NCBI GenBank assembly: GCA_964423405.1
Contig: CAYREY010000005.1
Span: 494 to 64,493 of the forward strand
DNA from: an uncultured Chitinophaga sp.
GTDB lineage: Bacteria; Bacteroidota; Bacteroidia; Chitinophagales; LD1
DNA length: 64,000 bases
Direction: 5' to 3'
Below the pieces are notes generated by a model, which saw nothing but the letters and a program-made list of their open reading frames with translations, did not search any database and was not told where the DNA came from. Every line of letters starts with the position of its first letter. Within the stretch, counting starts at the first letter, position 1. Both the position numbers and the translations under genes were made by a program. Below, piece after piece: positions 8,636-18,409 of the stretch.

Positions 8636-8986
8636 ATGCTAACATCGGTTAACCCCAAACTACCTATGCGCAATATAGCTGCTACGCGCAGCTACTATGT
8701 AAACCAACTGGGTTTTACTGTAACGGGCGATTACGGTAATTACCTGATAGTAGAAAAAGATAATGCCGGGTTGCATTTTTTTCTGTTCGAAAACCTGAAC
8801 CCTGCCGAAAACTACGGGCAGGTGTATATACGTGTAACCGGTATAGATGCCCTGTACCACCAATGGAAAAATGCCGGTGTAGCCATACACCCTAATGCAC
8901 CATTACAAAACCAACCCTGGGGGCAACGCGAGTTTGCATTGCTGGACCCCGATAACAACCTGCTTACCTTTGGCGAGGGAGCTTAG
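8636..8986 (+). CDS. VOC-family protein (glyoxalase / bleomycin-resistance-like)
   Basis: 116 aa. PMRNIAATRSYYVNQLGFTV...IRVTGIDALY...QPWGQREFALLDPDNNLLTF fits the small bleomycin-resistance/glyoxalase fold. Confidence 0.75.
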   Translation: MLTSVNPKLPMRNIAATRSYYVNQLGFTVTGDYGNYLIVEKDNAGLHFFLFENLNPAENYGQVYIRVTGIDALYHQWKNAGVAIHPNAPLQNQPWGQREFALLDPDNNLLTFGEGA

Positions 8987-9153
8987 CTTGTTACTATCTA
9001 TTTGCACTATTGACGAACGAATAAAACAAATAAACAGCCTCTACTAGGAAACTCTGTGTTTTCAGGCTACAGCAACATGGCGGTTTATTGCCATGTTTAC
9101 CTGATACACCGTGCTATTGCATTAAAATTTGACGGCTGGATTTGTAAGATGCA

Positions 9154-9187
9154 AAAACCGGTACATCATACTGAATGTACCGGTTTG
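9154..9187 (-). terminator. hairpin terminator after the phosphodiesterase gene
   Basis: AAAACCGGTACA-loop-TGTACCGGTTT, about 11-bp stem, about 27 nt downstream of the stop at 9214, flanked by A/T tracts. Confidence 0.6.
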
Positions 9188-9213
9188 CATTATTCGCTTA
9201 TATGGCTTGTTTG

Positions 9214-10446
9214 TTATTCTATCACAATCTGCTTGCTTGTGGTTTTAGTACCAGTACTAATATTTACAATATAGTTGCCAGCCGGCACTCCGCTAAGGTC
9301 AATTGTAGCCTTGTTGCCGCAAGATAACCCGGCAAACTTCCTTACACTACGCGCCTGTATATCAAACACCTCTATATCTACATTATCGTTTTGCCCGTTA
9401 GTAAACCAAAAGGTAAACAAGCCCTTGCCGGGATTGGGAAACACCTTTACATTTTCAGGCAGTTCGTTTTTTATATCACTAAAAACCGATAACCAGCTTT
9501 TACCGTCAAACTCCCAGATAGGGTTTTCATTAGGATGTACACCGGTTTCATATATCAGATGATGAAGGGCTGTAACAGCAATATCGGCTTGTACAGGCGA
9601 TTGCTTCAGGATATTCTGATCTACACCGGATTGGTTAAATATACCGGTACCCAACAGGTTGTATGTACCCGGGTCGGCAGCAGTAATTTGCTGGTGTGCT
9701 ACATCGCGGCCCGAAGCTATCCACCAGATATGGCGCTCTTCATAGGTAATGCCACCATGGCCGGTACCAATACCACCGTGGTCGGTTATCACCAGTATCA
9801 ACCAGTTTTCGTTAGCATAGTTGGGGCGGTTATGCACGGCATTTATTACGGTGCCTACATGCGTGTCTACGTTTTCAATAGCCTGTATATACGAAGGGTT
9901 GGTTGGCGAAAAACCCGATGAGTGGCCGGTAAGGTCAACAGCATCAAAATATACAAACATGCAATCCAGGTCCGGATCGGCTAGTTGGGCAGATGCCACG
10001 CTGGCAGTAGAAGCGCCATCGCCATCGGGTGTTTTCAGTTTCAGGTCCCAGCTATCGTAGTATACATTGTCGCTCATAGGTGCCCACTCTACCACCTGCA
10101 CACATTTAAGGTTCGGCAACATATTGCTGGCATAGGTAGTAAAGTACGGAAACTCGTTAAACTTACTGCCGGTATACGTATTAGATGTAACCCCATGTTT
10201 ATTCCACCATACACCGGTCATGATAGTTGACCAAGATGGGCCTGAAACGGTAATACCACAATGCCATGCATCGTAAGTGTACAGGCCGTTGGCAATAAGA
10301 GCGTCCAGGTTAGGCGTATTGGCCTGTTGTAAGGCATCGCTTCGGGTGCCATCTATACCAATAATAAGCACCTTACGCGCCTGCGAAGCATATAGCGAAA
10401 AAGAAAAAATACAAACAAAAAGGGTAGCGTAAAATTTTTGTAGCAT
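9214..10446 (-). CDS. alkaline-phosphatase-superfamily nucleotide pyrophosphatase/phosphodiesterase (NPP-like) with a T9SS type A C-terminal sorting domain
   Basis: Signal peptide. IIGIDGTRSD (metal site/nucleophile Thr), DLTGHSSG, and TDHGGIGTGHGG. The C-terminal ~80 aa (VKVFPNPGKGLFTF...IEVFDIQARSV...GNYIVNISTG...KQIVIE) looks like a Por secretion tail. Confidence 0.85.
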   Translation of the reverse strand: MLQKFYATLFVCIFSFSLYASQARKVLIIGIDGTRSDALQQANTPNLDALIANGLYTYDAWHCGITVSGPSWSTIMTGVWWNKHGVTSNTYTGSKFNEFPYFTTYASNMLPNLKCVQVVEWAPMSDNVYYDSWDLKLKTPDGDGASTASVASAQLADPDLDCMFVYFDAVDLTGHSSGFSPTNPSYIQAIENVDTHVGTVINAVHNRPNYANENWLILVITDHGGIGTGHGGITYEERHIWWIASGRDVAHQQITAADPGTYNLLGTGIFNQSGVDQNILKQSPVQADIAVTALHHLIYETGVHPNENPIWEFDGKSWLSVFSDIKNELPENVKVFPNPGKGLFTFWFTNGQNDNVDIEVFDIQARSVRKFAGLSCGNKATIDLSGVPAGNYIVNISTGTKTTSKQIVIE

Positions 10447-10544
10447 GGTTGGGTTATTTGTTGCGCAAAAATGATGTTTAGAATATAGCAGCAGGTTAAT
10501 AGCCGGTTATTAAATAGTAAATTCTGTACGTAGATAACACAGTC

Positions 10545-13481
10545 CTATAGTTCGTATTTAAACCCTACCTGGCCACGCTGGCGGTAGTACTCAACCCGCA
10601 GCGGGCGGTCCTTTACGCCACGGTACTCATAAAAAGGCCAGTCGAGCAGATTGTTGGCCTCCATAAATACCGTAAAGTGCTTTTTAAATGTATAGGCCAA
10701 CTGAAAATCGAGCGAGTAGTTTTCGCCCTGATAAGTATCGAACGATGAATCTTTATGCAACAGGCCAATGCCCTTTACCGAGGCCAGGTTTAGCTCTTTA
10801 AGATACGCACCGGTATAGTTAAGCGCTATACGTGCATTAACACCATACTTTTCGTAAAACAGGGCAATGTTATAAAGTAGCGGAGTTTGCTCGGCCATAG
10901 CCTGCTTAGCACTTCTACCGGGCACCTGCATACGCGAAAGTGAATAGGTGAAGTTGGCACTAACACCAAAACCGCTACCCCACGCCGGTATAAAATCGAA
11001 CTGGCGCTGTATGTTGGCTTCTACACCATATACCCAGCTTTTACCCGAATTGTTTGGCGCCTTAAACACAATACCGGTACGTGGGTCGAAATCGGCCTGT
11101 GTAGTATTAAAAATATGGTTGGTAATGTATTTGAAATAAGTACCTACACTAAACATACCTTTGTTACCCCAGTAGTATTCATACATCAAATCGAAGTTGT
11201 AACTGTAGGCCGGTTTAAGGTTGGGGTTACCAAACGTAAACTCAAACTCGGTGTAGCGCACTACAGCAAAGCCGGGCTTAACCTCGGCAAAGTTTTGCCG
11301 GTGGTATGTGCGCGATACCGCCGCGCGCAGGTTCATACGGGTATTAATAGCCCAGGTAAAATTAAGCGCCGGTAATATGGCCAGGTATTTAATATCTGTA
11401 ATCCGCTTCTCGGCAGGATAATAAATTACACCAAGGGCAGTATCAATTGCGTACTTCGTACTCAGTGTATCGCTCTCCACATGCATATCGGTATTCTCCA
11501 AACGTACACCGGTTACTATGTTGAATTTTTTAGCAAACTTAAAATCACCCATCAGGTAGCCGGCAGTGGTGTACTCGCGGTAGCGGTAATTACTACCCAC
11601 CCATTGACTGTACTCGGGGTGTTGTTCGTTCATGTATCGTTCGCGGAGGCGGTATCCGTACTGCGAAAGAAAATTCTGATTCTGCTCTTTGGTAACAAAT
11701 GGCATAAACGTGCCTTTGTACGGGCTGCCATACTGCTTCAGGTAGCCGCCGCGTTCATCAAATGCCTGTGTTTGCAAACTCATCATGTATATAGGCTCCG
11801 ATGATTGCTGATCGAAAATATTGAGCAGCCACTCGTGAAAACTGATAAGGCGTTCGCCTTTTTTCCAACGGAATTTGGCACCGGCCATCAATTTTATACC
11901 TGGTGCTATCGTATAGGTTATATCCAGTTGTGGAACTATAGGGTCGGTTTCGCGGGTAGTATTCAACTCGCTGAAAGCACGTTTAAATTCAAAGCTATCG
12001 GCTACTACCGGTGTAGTAATCTGTGGCTGAATATTGCGGTAGTTATCGCCACGGCCGGTTGGGTTATCTATATCCAGCAACTTGGTGGGGAAAGGTATTT
12101 GCCCATGTGCACCGGTGTAAGCGTTGCCATACAAATCAATGGTATCTACATCCTTATATACAAATACACTACGTATGCCAAACTCCTCGGTAAAATAACC
12201 ATTTCTGGGGTCGGCATTTTTGTAAGGAACATTTCCGTAGGTAAACTGGTTGTGATACGATGCCAGACGAAAGTTAATAGTAACCTTCTCGTGCGGTTTG
12301 GCTTCTACAAAAGCTTCTCCCCCACCCAGTATACGCAACAACTTACCATGTATACTTTGCAGGCGCACCCCTTTACCCTCACCACTATCGTAAACGTACA
12401 TTGTCTTGCGTTGCCACTTATTATCTATCATAGTTCCCGCCATTAGTTTCATACCAAAGCGCAGTTTGTTGTTAGCCGTGTATTGCCACGAAAAATTACC
12501 ACCGGCCGTATGGCGGTCGCCATCGTAATCTTTCAGCTCAAAACGGTTAATACCCTGATTGTAGTTGCTGCCGTAGGCCAGCTTAAACGACTGGCTGGCA
12601 TAGTAGCGGCCAAAGTATGAGCCATTAATAACGTAGCTGAACTTTTTGTTTTTGTTTACATCGCCCCACAAAAAATTAAAATTGCCCGAAGGCCTGCGCG
12701 CCAACACACTTGCGCCAAAAGCAGCATTTACTTTAAATGTGCGTTCATCCACTGCCGATTTGGTTAAAAAATTGATAGAGCCGCCGATATTATCGCCTTC
12801 TATATCGGGCGTTACCGTGCGGTTTACTTCTACATAATCAACTAAGTCGCTGGGCAGCACTTCAAACTCAAATATGCGCGACGTATTTTCTTCATCGGCC
12901 ACCGGCAGACGGTCGCCATTAACCAGTGTAGCAGTCCAATCGAGCGGTGTACCGCGCAACGATATGTAAGCCCCTTCGCCTTTGTTGTTCTGCACAGCTG
13001 CACCGGCAATACGTTTTACAGTTTCAGCAGCATTTTTATCGGGTAGCTTACCAATAGTTTCCGACGACACCACCGTTACCACCCGACCCGAGTTTCGGGT
13101 AAGGCTTATTGCCTTTTGTTCGCTACCGCGTTTGATACTGCCTTTTATCTCTACCTCGCGTATGGTTTTATCGGCTGTGCCCAATGTAACATTGCCCAGT
13201 ATGGTTGTTCTGCCGGTTATTATGTTTACCTCTATCGTATCAGATTTAAAACCGAGGTAGCTAATAACTACCTGCTGTTTACCCGTGGTAACTCCGGTTA
13301 AAACAAAGGCGCCTTTATCGTCGGATGCAGTACCGGTTGTAGTACCTGCTACTTGTACAGTAGCACCGGTTAGTGGTAATTTACCATCGGTTACGGTACC
13401 CGATAGTGTACCGGTTTGGGCCCATATATTGTTAACAATAAATACAAAAAGAAGAAGTGAGTAAAGGTACTTGTGCAGCAT
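10545..13481 (-). CDS. TonB-dependent outer-membrane receptor with an N-terminal carboxypeptidase-regulatory-like domain
   Basis: Signal peptide, GTLSGTVTDGKLPLTGATVQVAG...GAFVL (CarbopepD_reg), a plug region (VTVVSSETIGKLPDKNAAETVKRIAGA), and a ~750-aa beta-barrel. No SusD-like gene is adjacent. Confidence 0.9.
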   Translation of the reverse strand: MLHKYLYSLLLFVFIVNNIWAQTGTLSGTVTDGKLPLTGATVQVAGTTTGTASDDKGAFVLTGVTTGKQQVVISYLGFKSDTIEVNIITGRTTILGNVTLGTADKTIREVEIKGSIKRGSEQKAISLTRNSGRVVTVVSSETIGKLPDKNAAETVKRIAGAAVQNNKGEGAYISLRGTPLDWTATLVNGDRLPVADEENTSRIFEFEVLPSDLVDYVEVNRTVTPDIEGDNIGGSINFLTKSAVDERTFKVNAAFGASVLARRPSGNFNFLWGDVNKNKKFSYVINGSYFGRYYASQSFKLAYGSNYNQGINRFELKDYDGDRHTAGGNFSWQYTANNKLRFGMKLMAGTMIDNKWQRKTMYVYDSGEGKGVRLQSIHGKLLRILGGGEAFVEAKPHEKVTINFRLASYHNQFTYGNVPYKNADPRNGYFTEEFGIRSVFVYKDVDTIDLYGNAYTGAHGQIPFPTKLLDIDNPTGRGDNYRNIQPQITTPVVADSFEFKRAFSELNTTRETDPIVPQLDITYTIAPGIKLMAGAKFRWKKGERLISFHEWLLNIFDQQSSEPIYMMSLQTQAFDERGGYLKQYGSPYKGTFMPFVTKEQNQNFLSQYGYRLRERYMNEQHPEYSQWVGSNYRYREYTTAGYLMGDFKFAKKFNIVTGVRLENTDMHVESDTLSTKYAIDTALGVIYYPAEKRITDIKYLAILPALNFTWAINTRMNLRAAVSRTYHRQNFAEVKPGFAVVRYTEFEFTFGNPNLKPAYSYNFDLMYEYYWGNKGMFSVGTYFKYITNHIFNTTQADFDPRTGIVFKAPNNSGKSWVYGVEANIQRQFDFIPAWGSGFGVSANFTYSLSRMQVPGRSAKQAMAEQTPLLYNIALFYEKYGVNARIALNYTGAYLKELNLASVKGIGLLHKDSSFDTYQGENYSLDFQLAYTFKKHFTVFMEANNLLDWPFYEYRGVKDRPLRVEYYRQRGQVGFKYEL

Positions 13482-13548
13482 AAAAAAGATGCGCGAAAGT
13501 GCCGTTCTGTTTTTACCAAAAGGTTATGCCGCAGTTATGATTGAATTA

Positions 13549-14208
13549 CTATACCGCCTTTAACGGCACATCTAAAAACACATTAAACTCGGTAGCAAAG
13601 TTTACACTTACACGTGCATGTACACTACCCTGCGCATCGTAAAAGCGGGCTTTAGGCACCAGCGGAAAAATACCCTCGTGCCATACGTTAGGATGTATAT
13701 ACAAACCCTGAGAACCACCAAAATAAAACGTTACAAAATCATCGGGTGTTATATCATCGCCTGGCAATGCCAATGGTACTACAAACGGGCTTTTATCTAA
13801 GGGGTAAAACAACTGCCCGCCATCGGGGTGATAGTTGGCATGCCACAGCAATATACGCTCCGGCACAACATCTATAAGTTTATCTTCAACAGCTTCTGCC
13901 GGGTTAACCGACCAGCCCAGCAGGTATTCATCGTTAACAGCATGGTTGCGGCCATAAAACATATCGCCCTGCCACCAAAAATCAAAATGGCCGTTCTTGG
14001 TACCTGCCTGCGCACCGGTACCTGTATCTACGGGCCGGCCCTGTGCTTTAGGCCACTGTACAATTTCTATCGGAAAATTGTTATAGTCATCTACCAGCAT
14101 ACCATAGCCTTTAAGCGATTCGGCAGTAGCTTTTACCAGTTTACTTGCATGCCATGGTAACAAGCCGGGCACATCGGGTTGCAGATAGTTTATTGCTATT
14201 TTACTCAT
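13549..14208 (-). CDS. cupin-like protein, tentatively ureidoglycolate lyase/hydrolase family
   Basis: A 219-aa ORF that is clearly coding. The family assignment comes from memory of similar ~220-aa Bacteroidota proteins and is not verified. First gene of the TBDR/NPP operon, with a 67-nt gap. Confidence 0.45.
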   Translation of the reverse strand: MSKIAINYLQPDVPGLLPWHASKLVKATAESLKGYGMLVDDYNNFPIEIVQWPKAQGRPVDTGTGAQAGTKNGHFDFWWQGDMFYGRNHAVNDEYLLGWSVNPAEAVEDKLIDVVPERILLWHANYHPDGGQLFYPLDKSPFVVPLALPGDDITPDDFVTFYFGGSQGLYIHPNVWHEGIFPLVPKARFYDAQGSVHARVSVNFATEFNVFLDVPLKAV

Positions 14209-14360
14209 AAGTATTTGGGGTGAGCGAAGTACACTGTTATGGGTTAAGCAGTTGGTAGGTTTATGTTATTAAAATATCAATACGCGCACCTGCAAAATCA
14301 TTTCAATAACATAACACTAACTTTATTAATTACGGTAATACTTGTAAAAAATTACACCCT

Positions 14361-15092
14361 ATGCGTAAACTGCTACTGCTGTTACTTACCGTAAGTATTG
14401 GTATTGCCACACAGGCGCAAACTCCCCGCTACCGTTTCGAACTGGCTGCTGAAGGCGGGCCGGGTTTTAGTTACATATACGGGGCCGGCGCTAAACAACT
14501 AAAAAAACAAAGCCCGCTGTTAAGCTACACCACCGGCATAGTGCTACGGTACAATACCCCCAAAGTAGCGGGTATATATACCGGTGTATACATTGAGCGA
14601 AAAGGGTTCGACTGGCCAATAGCCGGCGCTACCGCCGATGGTAAAAGCAAAACACTGCATTATTATGCGCAATACAACTATGTTACCATACCGGTAATGA
14701 TTAATGCTACCGTAGGCAAAAAAGTGCAGTTTTTTGTAAATGCAGGTGGCTATGTTTCGGCATTGTTTCGCATACATACTTTTCAGAAAGAGCTGGGTAT
14801 AGATAACGTTAACCCCGGTGGCTACCAATATGTAGATGCCGGTTTTAGCGGTGGTGCAGGCCTGCGGGTGCCGTTTGCCAACGGCTTTGTGTTTTCGCTG
14901 GAAGCACGCAACAGCACCGGGTTTATGAAAGTGGTGAAGAATACTGAAAGTAAAGATGCCTTTTACAATACCAACACCACCTTTATAGCAGGTATAGCGT
15001 ACAGCTTTAAACCACGGGTTAAAAAAAATAAGCCACAACATCCGCTTCGCGATTACTTTTACACTATTACCTATCCTTATTCCAACAAATGA
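14361..15092 (+). CDS. outer-membrane beta-barrel protein (porin-family / OmpA-barrel-like)
   Basis: Signal peptide LLLLLTVSIGIATQAQ and a Gly/aromatic-rich alternating pattern. ATGA overlap with the downstream PhoX-like gene. Confidence 0.65.
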   Translation: MRKLLLLLLTVSIGIATQAQTPRYRFELAAEGGPGFSYIYGAGAKQLKKQSPLLSYTTGIVLRYNTPKVAGIYTGVYIERKGFDWPIAGATADGKSKTLHYYAQYNYVTIPVMINATVGKKVQFFVNAGGYVSALFRIHTFQKELGIDNVNPGGYQYVDAGFSGGAGLRVPFANGFVFSLEARNSTGFMKVVKNTESKDAFYNTNTTFIAGIAYSFKPRVKKNKPQHPLRDYFYTITYPYSNK

Positions 15093-16537
15093 AAAAAGTA
15101 TTGTACTTACTTATTATAGCCGGCCTTACCGGTTGCAATACTGATAAGAAAAAAAGCAGCAGCCTGTTTGAACCGGTAGCACCCGATTTTAACAACCGCA
15201 CGGTAACATTACCCAAAGGATTTAATTATACGGTGCTGTTTAGCGAAGGCGATAGCGTAGTAAATGCCACCGGTAAAGTAGGTGCAGCCAAAGGCAGTCA
15301 GGATATGGTGGTGTATATACCTATCAATAACTCTAACGAACACGGCTGGCTGTATGTAAACCATGAAGAACATAAACCCAATGCACTGCTTGGCGATGGC
15401 GGCGGCGGCTCGGTATTTGAAATAGAGAAAATAAATAACCAGTGGAAGGTAAAAGGCACTATCCGGTCGGTAGATTTTTCGGGCGTAGGGCAAACTTTCC
15501 GCAATTGCGGTGGCACACTTACACCGTATGGCACTATACTTACTACCGAAGAAGAGTTTCCGCAATCGAACACTGAGATAATGGAACGCTTTGGCATTAC
15601 TGATACCAGCGATTATAACGGTAAGAAAAAATACTTGAACTATGGCTGGATAGTAGAGGTAGACCCGGCAAGTGGTAAGGCACTGCGTAAAATAAAAAGC
15701 TTTGGCCGCTACCGCCACGAAGATGTGCAGTGTATGCCCGATAAAAAAACGGTTTACCTAACGCACGATGATCAGCCATCGATACTATTTAAGTTTGTAG
15801 CCGAAAAAGAAAACGACTACAGCGCCGGTCAGTTGTATGCATACCACCAGCTTAACAACGGCACCAGCGGCGAATGGATTGCACTGCCTATGCACGAAGA
15901 CTCGCTGGCCGATGCAGTGAACGTAGCACTGCGCCGACATGCCACCATGTTTGTAAGCACCGAGTGGATTGAAGCAGCAGGCAACCGGTTATACATAACC
16001 GAAAGCGGCAGCCGAAAGTTTAATTTTGATAAAGAAGTGGCAATGGGTGGCGAGCCTGCCTACCACCTGTACACCAATAACCGAACCGAAGGCAATAACT
16101 ACGCCGACCCCTATGGCCGCCTGCTGGCTATAGATTTAACTACCCTGCAAACCGATGTGGTGATAAACGGTGGTGTAAGCCCCGCCGATTCGCTGTTTTG
16201 TTTTGCTAGCCCCGATGCAATGACATCGGCAACTATTAACGGCAAACAGTATTTAATAATAAGCGAAGACTCGCAGGGATACCTTAATGGTAAGGCTAGT
16301 GCCGAAGTAACTGCGCGTAACGAAACGTATAACGAAGTTTATTTTCTCGACTTATCTATACAACAACCAACCATAAACGATTTACAGCGGTTTATGATGG
16401 CACCCGAAGGTTGCGAAACTACCGGCAACATGTTTACCCCCGATGGCAAAACGTATTTTGTATCTATACAACATCCATCGGCAGGTAACCCTGTACCGTT
16501 TAATAAAAGCAGCGTAATAGCTATTACAGGGTTTTAA
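15089..16537 (+). CDS. DUF839 / PhoX-like beta-propeller lipoprotein (putative phosphatase)
   Basis: Lipobox LIIAGLTGC. The motifs NCGGTLTPYGTILTTEEE and YRHEDV resemble DUF839/PhoX-family proteins. Confidence 0.75.
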   Translation: MKKVLYLLIIAGLTGCNTDKKKSSSLFEPVAPDFNNRTVTLPKGFNYTVLFSEGDSVVNATGKVGAAKGSQDMVVYIPINNSNEHGWLYVNHEEHKPNALLGDGGGGSVFEIEKINNQWKVKGTIRSVDFSGVGQTFRNCGGTLTPYGTILTTEEEFPQSNTEIMERFGITDTSDYNGKKKYLNYGWIVEVDPASGKALRKIKSFGRYRHEDVQCMPDKKTVYLTHDDQPSILFKFVAEKENDYSAGQLYAYHQLNNGTSGEWIALPMHEDSLADAVNVALRRHATMFVSTEWIEAAGNRLYITESGSRKFNFDKEVAMGGEPAYHLYTNNRTEGNNYADPYGRLLAIDLTTLQTDVVINGGVSPADSLFCFASPDAMTSATINGKQYLIISEDSQGYLNGKASAEVTARNETYNEVYFLDLSIQQPTINDLQRFMMAPEGCETTGNMFTPDGKTYFVSIQHPSAGNPVPFNKSSVIAITGF

Positions 16538-16579
16538 ATAAGTACAATTGTAAAATCAGTACTGCTTACTAAAAACCAC

Positions 16580-16759
16580 CTACACCTTTACCCCAAACAG
16601 ATAACCCACCAATGCCGAAAGAGCCATAGCTATGATGCCCCAGATGGTAATACGGATAACAGATTTTGCAATACCGGAGCCTCCGCCTCCGGTTTTAGCA
16701 GACACAGCGCCCAGAATAATGAGGAAGAGTACAGTAGAACCATACAACCAATACTTCAT
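16580..16759 (-). CDS. small 2-TM membrane protein (59 aa), below the ORF-track cutoff
   Basis: ATG...TAG encodes MKYWLYGSTVLFLIILGAVSAKTGGGGSGIAKSVIRITIWGIIAMALSALVGYLFGVKV. It resembles the last two helices of VIT1/CCC1-family transporters. It is a better candidate than the overlapping + strand ORF 16632..16949. Confidence 0.45.
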   Translation of the reverse strand: MKYWLYGSTVLFLIILGAVSAKTGGGGSGIAKSVIRITIWGIIAMALSALVGYLFGVKV

Positions 16760-16985
16760 ACCCTTAACCGGTTATTGGCAGATTAAGCGAAAAAATGATT
16801 ATTTAAATATACTTAACTACACAGGTACATTGCCTGCAAAGCTGATAATGTGTTATAGTATATATATAGCAGCACTACAAACCAAACACTACGCTTTAAT
16901 TCTATTTATTGAATTAAAAATAACACATAAACAAAAAAACGATGGATAGGGCGTTAACATAGTGCTTACAATATCTCCCTGCTGC

Positions 16986-18347
16986 TTATGCCATTGCTTC
17001 TATCAAATCGAACTCGGTAATGATATTGATAATGCCTGAGTTGGCTTTAACCAGCACTGCCGAATTATCTTTATTAATCAGTTTAGATATATCGGAAGCA
17101 GTATCGTTAAGCTGCACAAACGGGAAGGGCTTACCCATTACTTTTCCTACCTGTTCATCGCGGTGGTAAGGGTTATCCATAAGCAACTGTAGTATACCGC
17201 GCTCGGTAATACTACCGGTGCAGTCATCGCCCTGCATAACCGGTAGCTGGGTCAGGTTCATCTCTTTCATTTTTTTGAAAGCATTGGCTACTGTTTCGTC
17301 CTGAGAGGCGGCTACCAGTTGGGTTATCTTTTTGCGCTCAATAATAGTTCTGGCAGTAACTACTTCATCTACCAGAAAACCGCGCTCGCGCATCCAGTCG
17401 TCGTTATAAATTTTAGCTACATAGCGGCTACCGTGGTCGTGTAGTATTACTACTACCACATCGCCCTCTTTAAACTTATCTTTCAGTTGTACCAACCCCT
17501 GCATAACGGTACCGGCGCTGTAACCGCAGAACAGGCCTTCTTCGCGGGCCAGGCGGCGCGCCATCAGCGCGCCGTCTTTATCGGTAACCTGCTCTATGTG
17601 GTCTATGTACTTCATGTCGTAGTTCTGTGGTACAAAATCCTCTCCTATGCCTTCGGTTACGTACGGGTACACTTCATTCTGATCCAGCTCGCCGGTATCG
17701 TGAAACTTCTTGAGCAACGAACCATATATATCTATACCATATACTTTAATGTTAGGGTTCTTCTCTTTCAGGTACATAGCCACACCCATTACCGTGCCAC
17801 CGGTACCTATGGTAGTTACATAGTGTGTAACCTTGCCTTCGGTTTGCTCCCATATTTCGGGGCCGGTTGTTTCGTAGTGGGCAGCACGGTTGCTCAGGTT
17901 ATCGTACTGGTTCATGTGGTAACTGTTGGGTATTTCTTTAGCCAGGCGTTTGGCTATTGAATAGTACGAGCGCGGGTCTTCGGGCTCTACATTGGTAGGG
18001 CAAACAATTACCTCGGCGCCCAGTGCACGTAGTATATCCAGCTTTTGTTTGCTCTGTTTATCGGTAGTGGTAAAAATACATTTGTAACCGCGTATTACCG
18101 ATGCCAGCGCTAAACCCATACCGGTATTGCCCGAAGTACATTCAATGATAGTGCCACCGGGTTTAAGCTTGCCTTGTGCTTCGGCATCCAGTACCATTTT
18201 AATGCCTATACGGTCTTTAACCGAATTGCCGGGGTTAAAGTACTCTACCTTGGCAAAAAACTGACCGGGTATATTTTTGGTTATTTTATTGATTTTAACC
18301 AATGGTGTGCGGCCAATGGTTTCTACTATATTGTTGAAGTATTTCAT
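16986..18347 (-). CDS. cystathionine beta-synthase-like PLP enzyme (CysK/CBS fold plus a C-terminal CBS-domain pair)
   Basis: FNPGNSVKDRIG (PLP Lys), TSGNTGMGLA, GTGGT, and a ~120-aa tandem CBS region at the C-terminus. Confidence 0.88.
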   Translation of the reverse strand: MKYFNNIVETIGRTPLVKINKITKNIPGQFFAKVEYFNPGNSVKDRIGIKMVLDAEAQGKLKPGGTIIECTSGNTGMGLALASVIRGYKCIFTTTDKQSKQKLDILRALGAEVIVCPTNVEPEDPRSYYSIAKRLAKEIPNSYHMNQYDNLSNRAAHYETTGPEIWEQTEGKVTHYVTTIGTGGTVMGVAMYLKEKNPNIKVYGIDIYGSLLKKFHDTGELDQNEVYPYVTEGIGEDFVPQNYDMKYIDHIEQVTDKDGALMARRLAREEGLFCGYSAGTVMQGLVQLKDKFKEGDVVVVILHDHGSRYVAKIYNDDWMRERGFLVDEVVTARTIIERKKITQLVAASQDETVANAFKKMKEMNLTQLPVMQGDDCTGSITERGILQLLMDNPYHRDEQVGKVMGKPFPFVQLNDTASDISKLINKDNSAVLVKANSGIINIITEFDLIEAMA

Positions 18348-18409
18348 GCGGCTAAGTTGAGTTTTAAAACCTAAAGTTTAAATGTGGTGGTTTATATATC
18401 TACAGGTGG

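Noticed and set aside
10948-13301. Multiple 60-213-aa + strand ORFs inside the TonB-dependent receptor gene (for example 11805..12446)
   Set aside because: All are antisense to a 978-aa gene with clear CarbopepD_reg/plug/barrel architecture, and none has recognisable features.
16632-16949. 105-aa + strand ORF
   Set aside because: It overlaps the more protein-like 59-codon minus-strand membrane ORF. Its downstream half runs through AT-rich intergenic sequence, and no motif was recognised.
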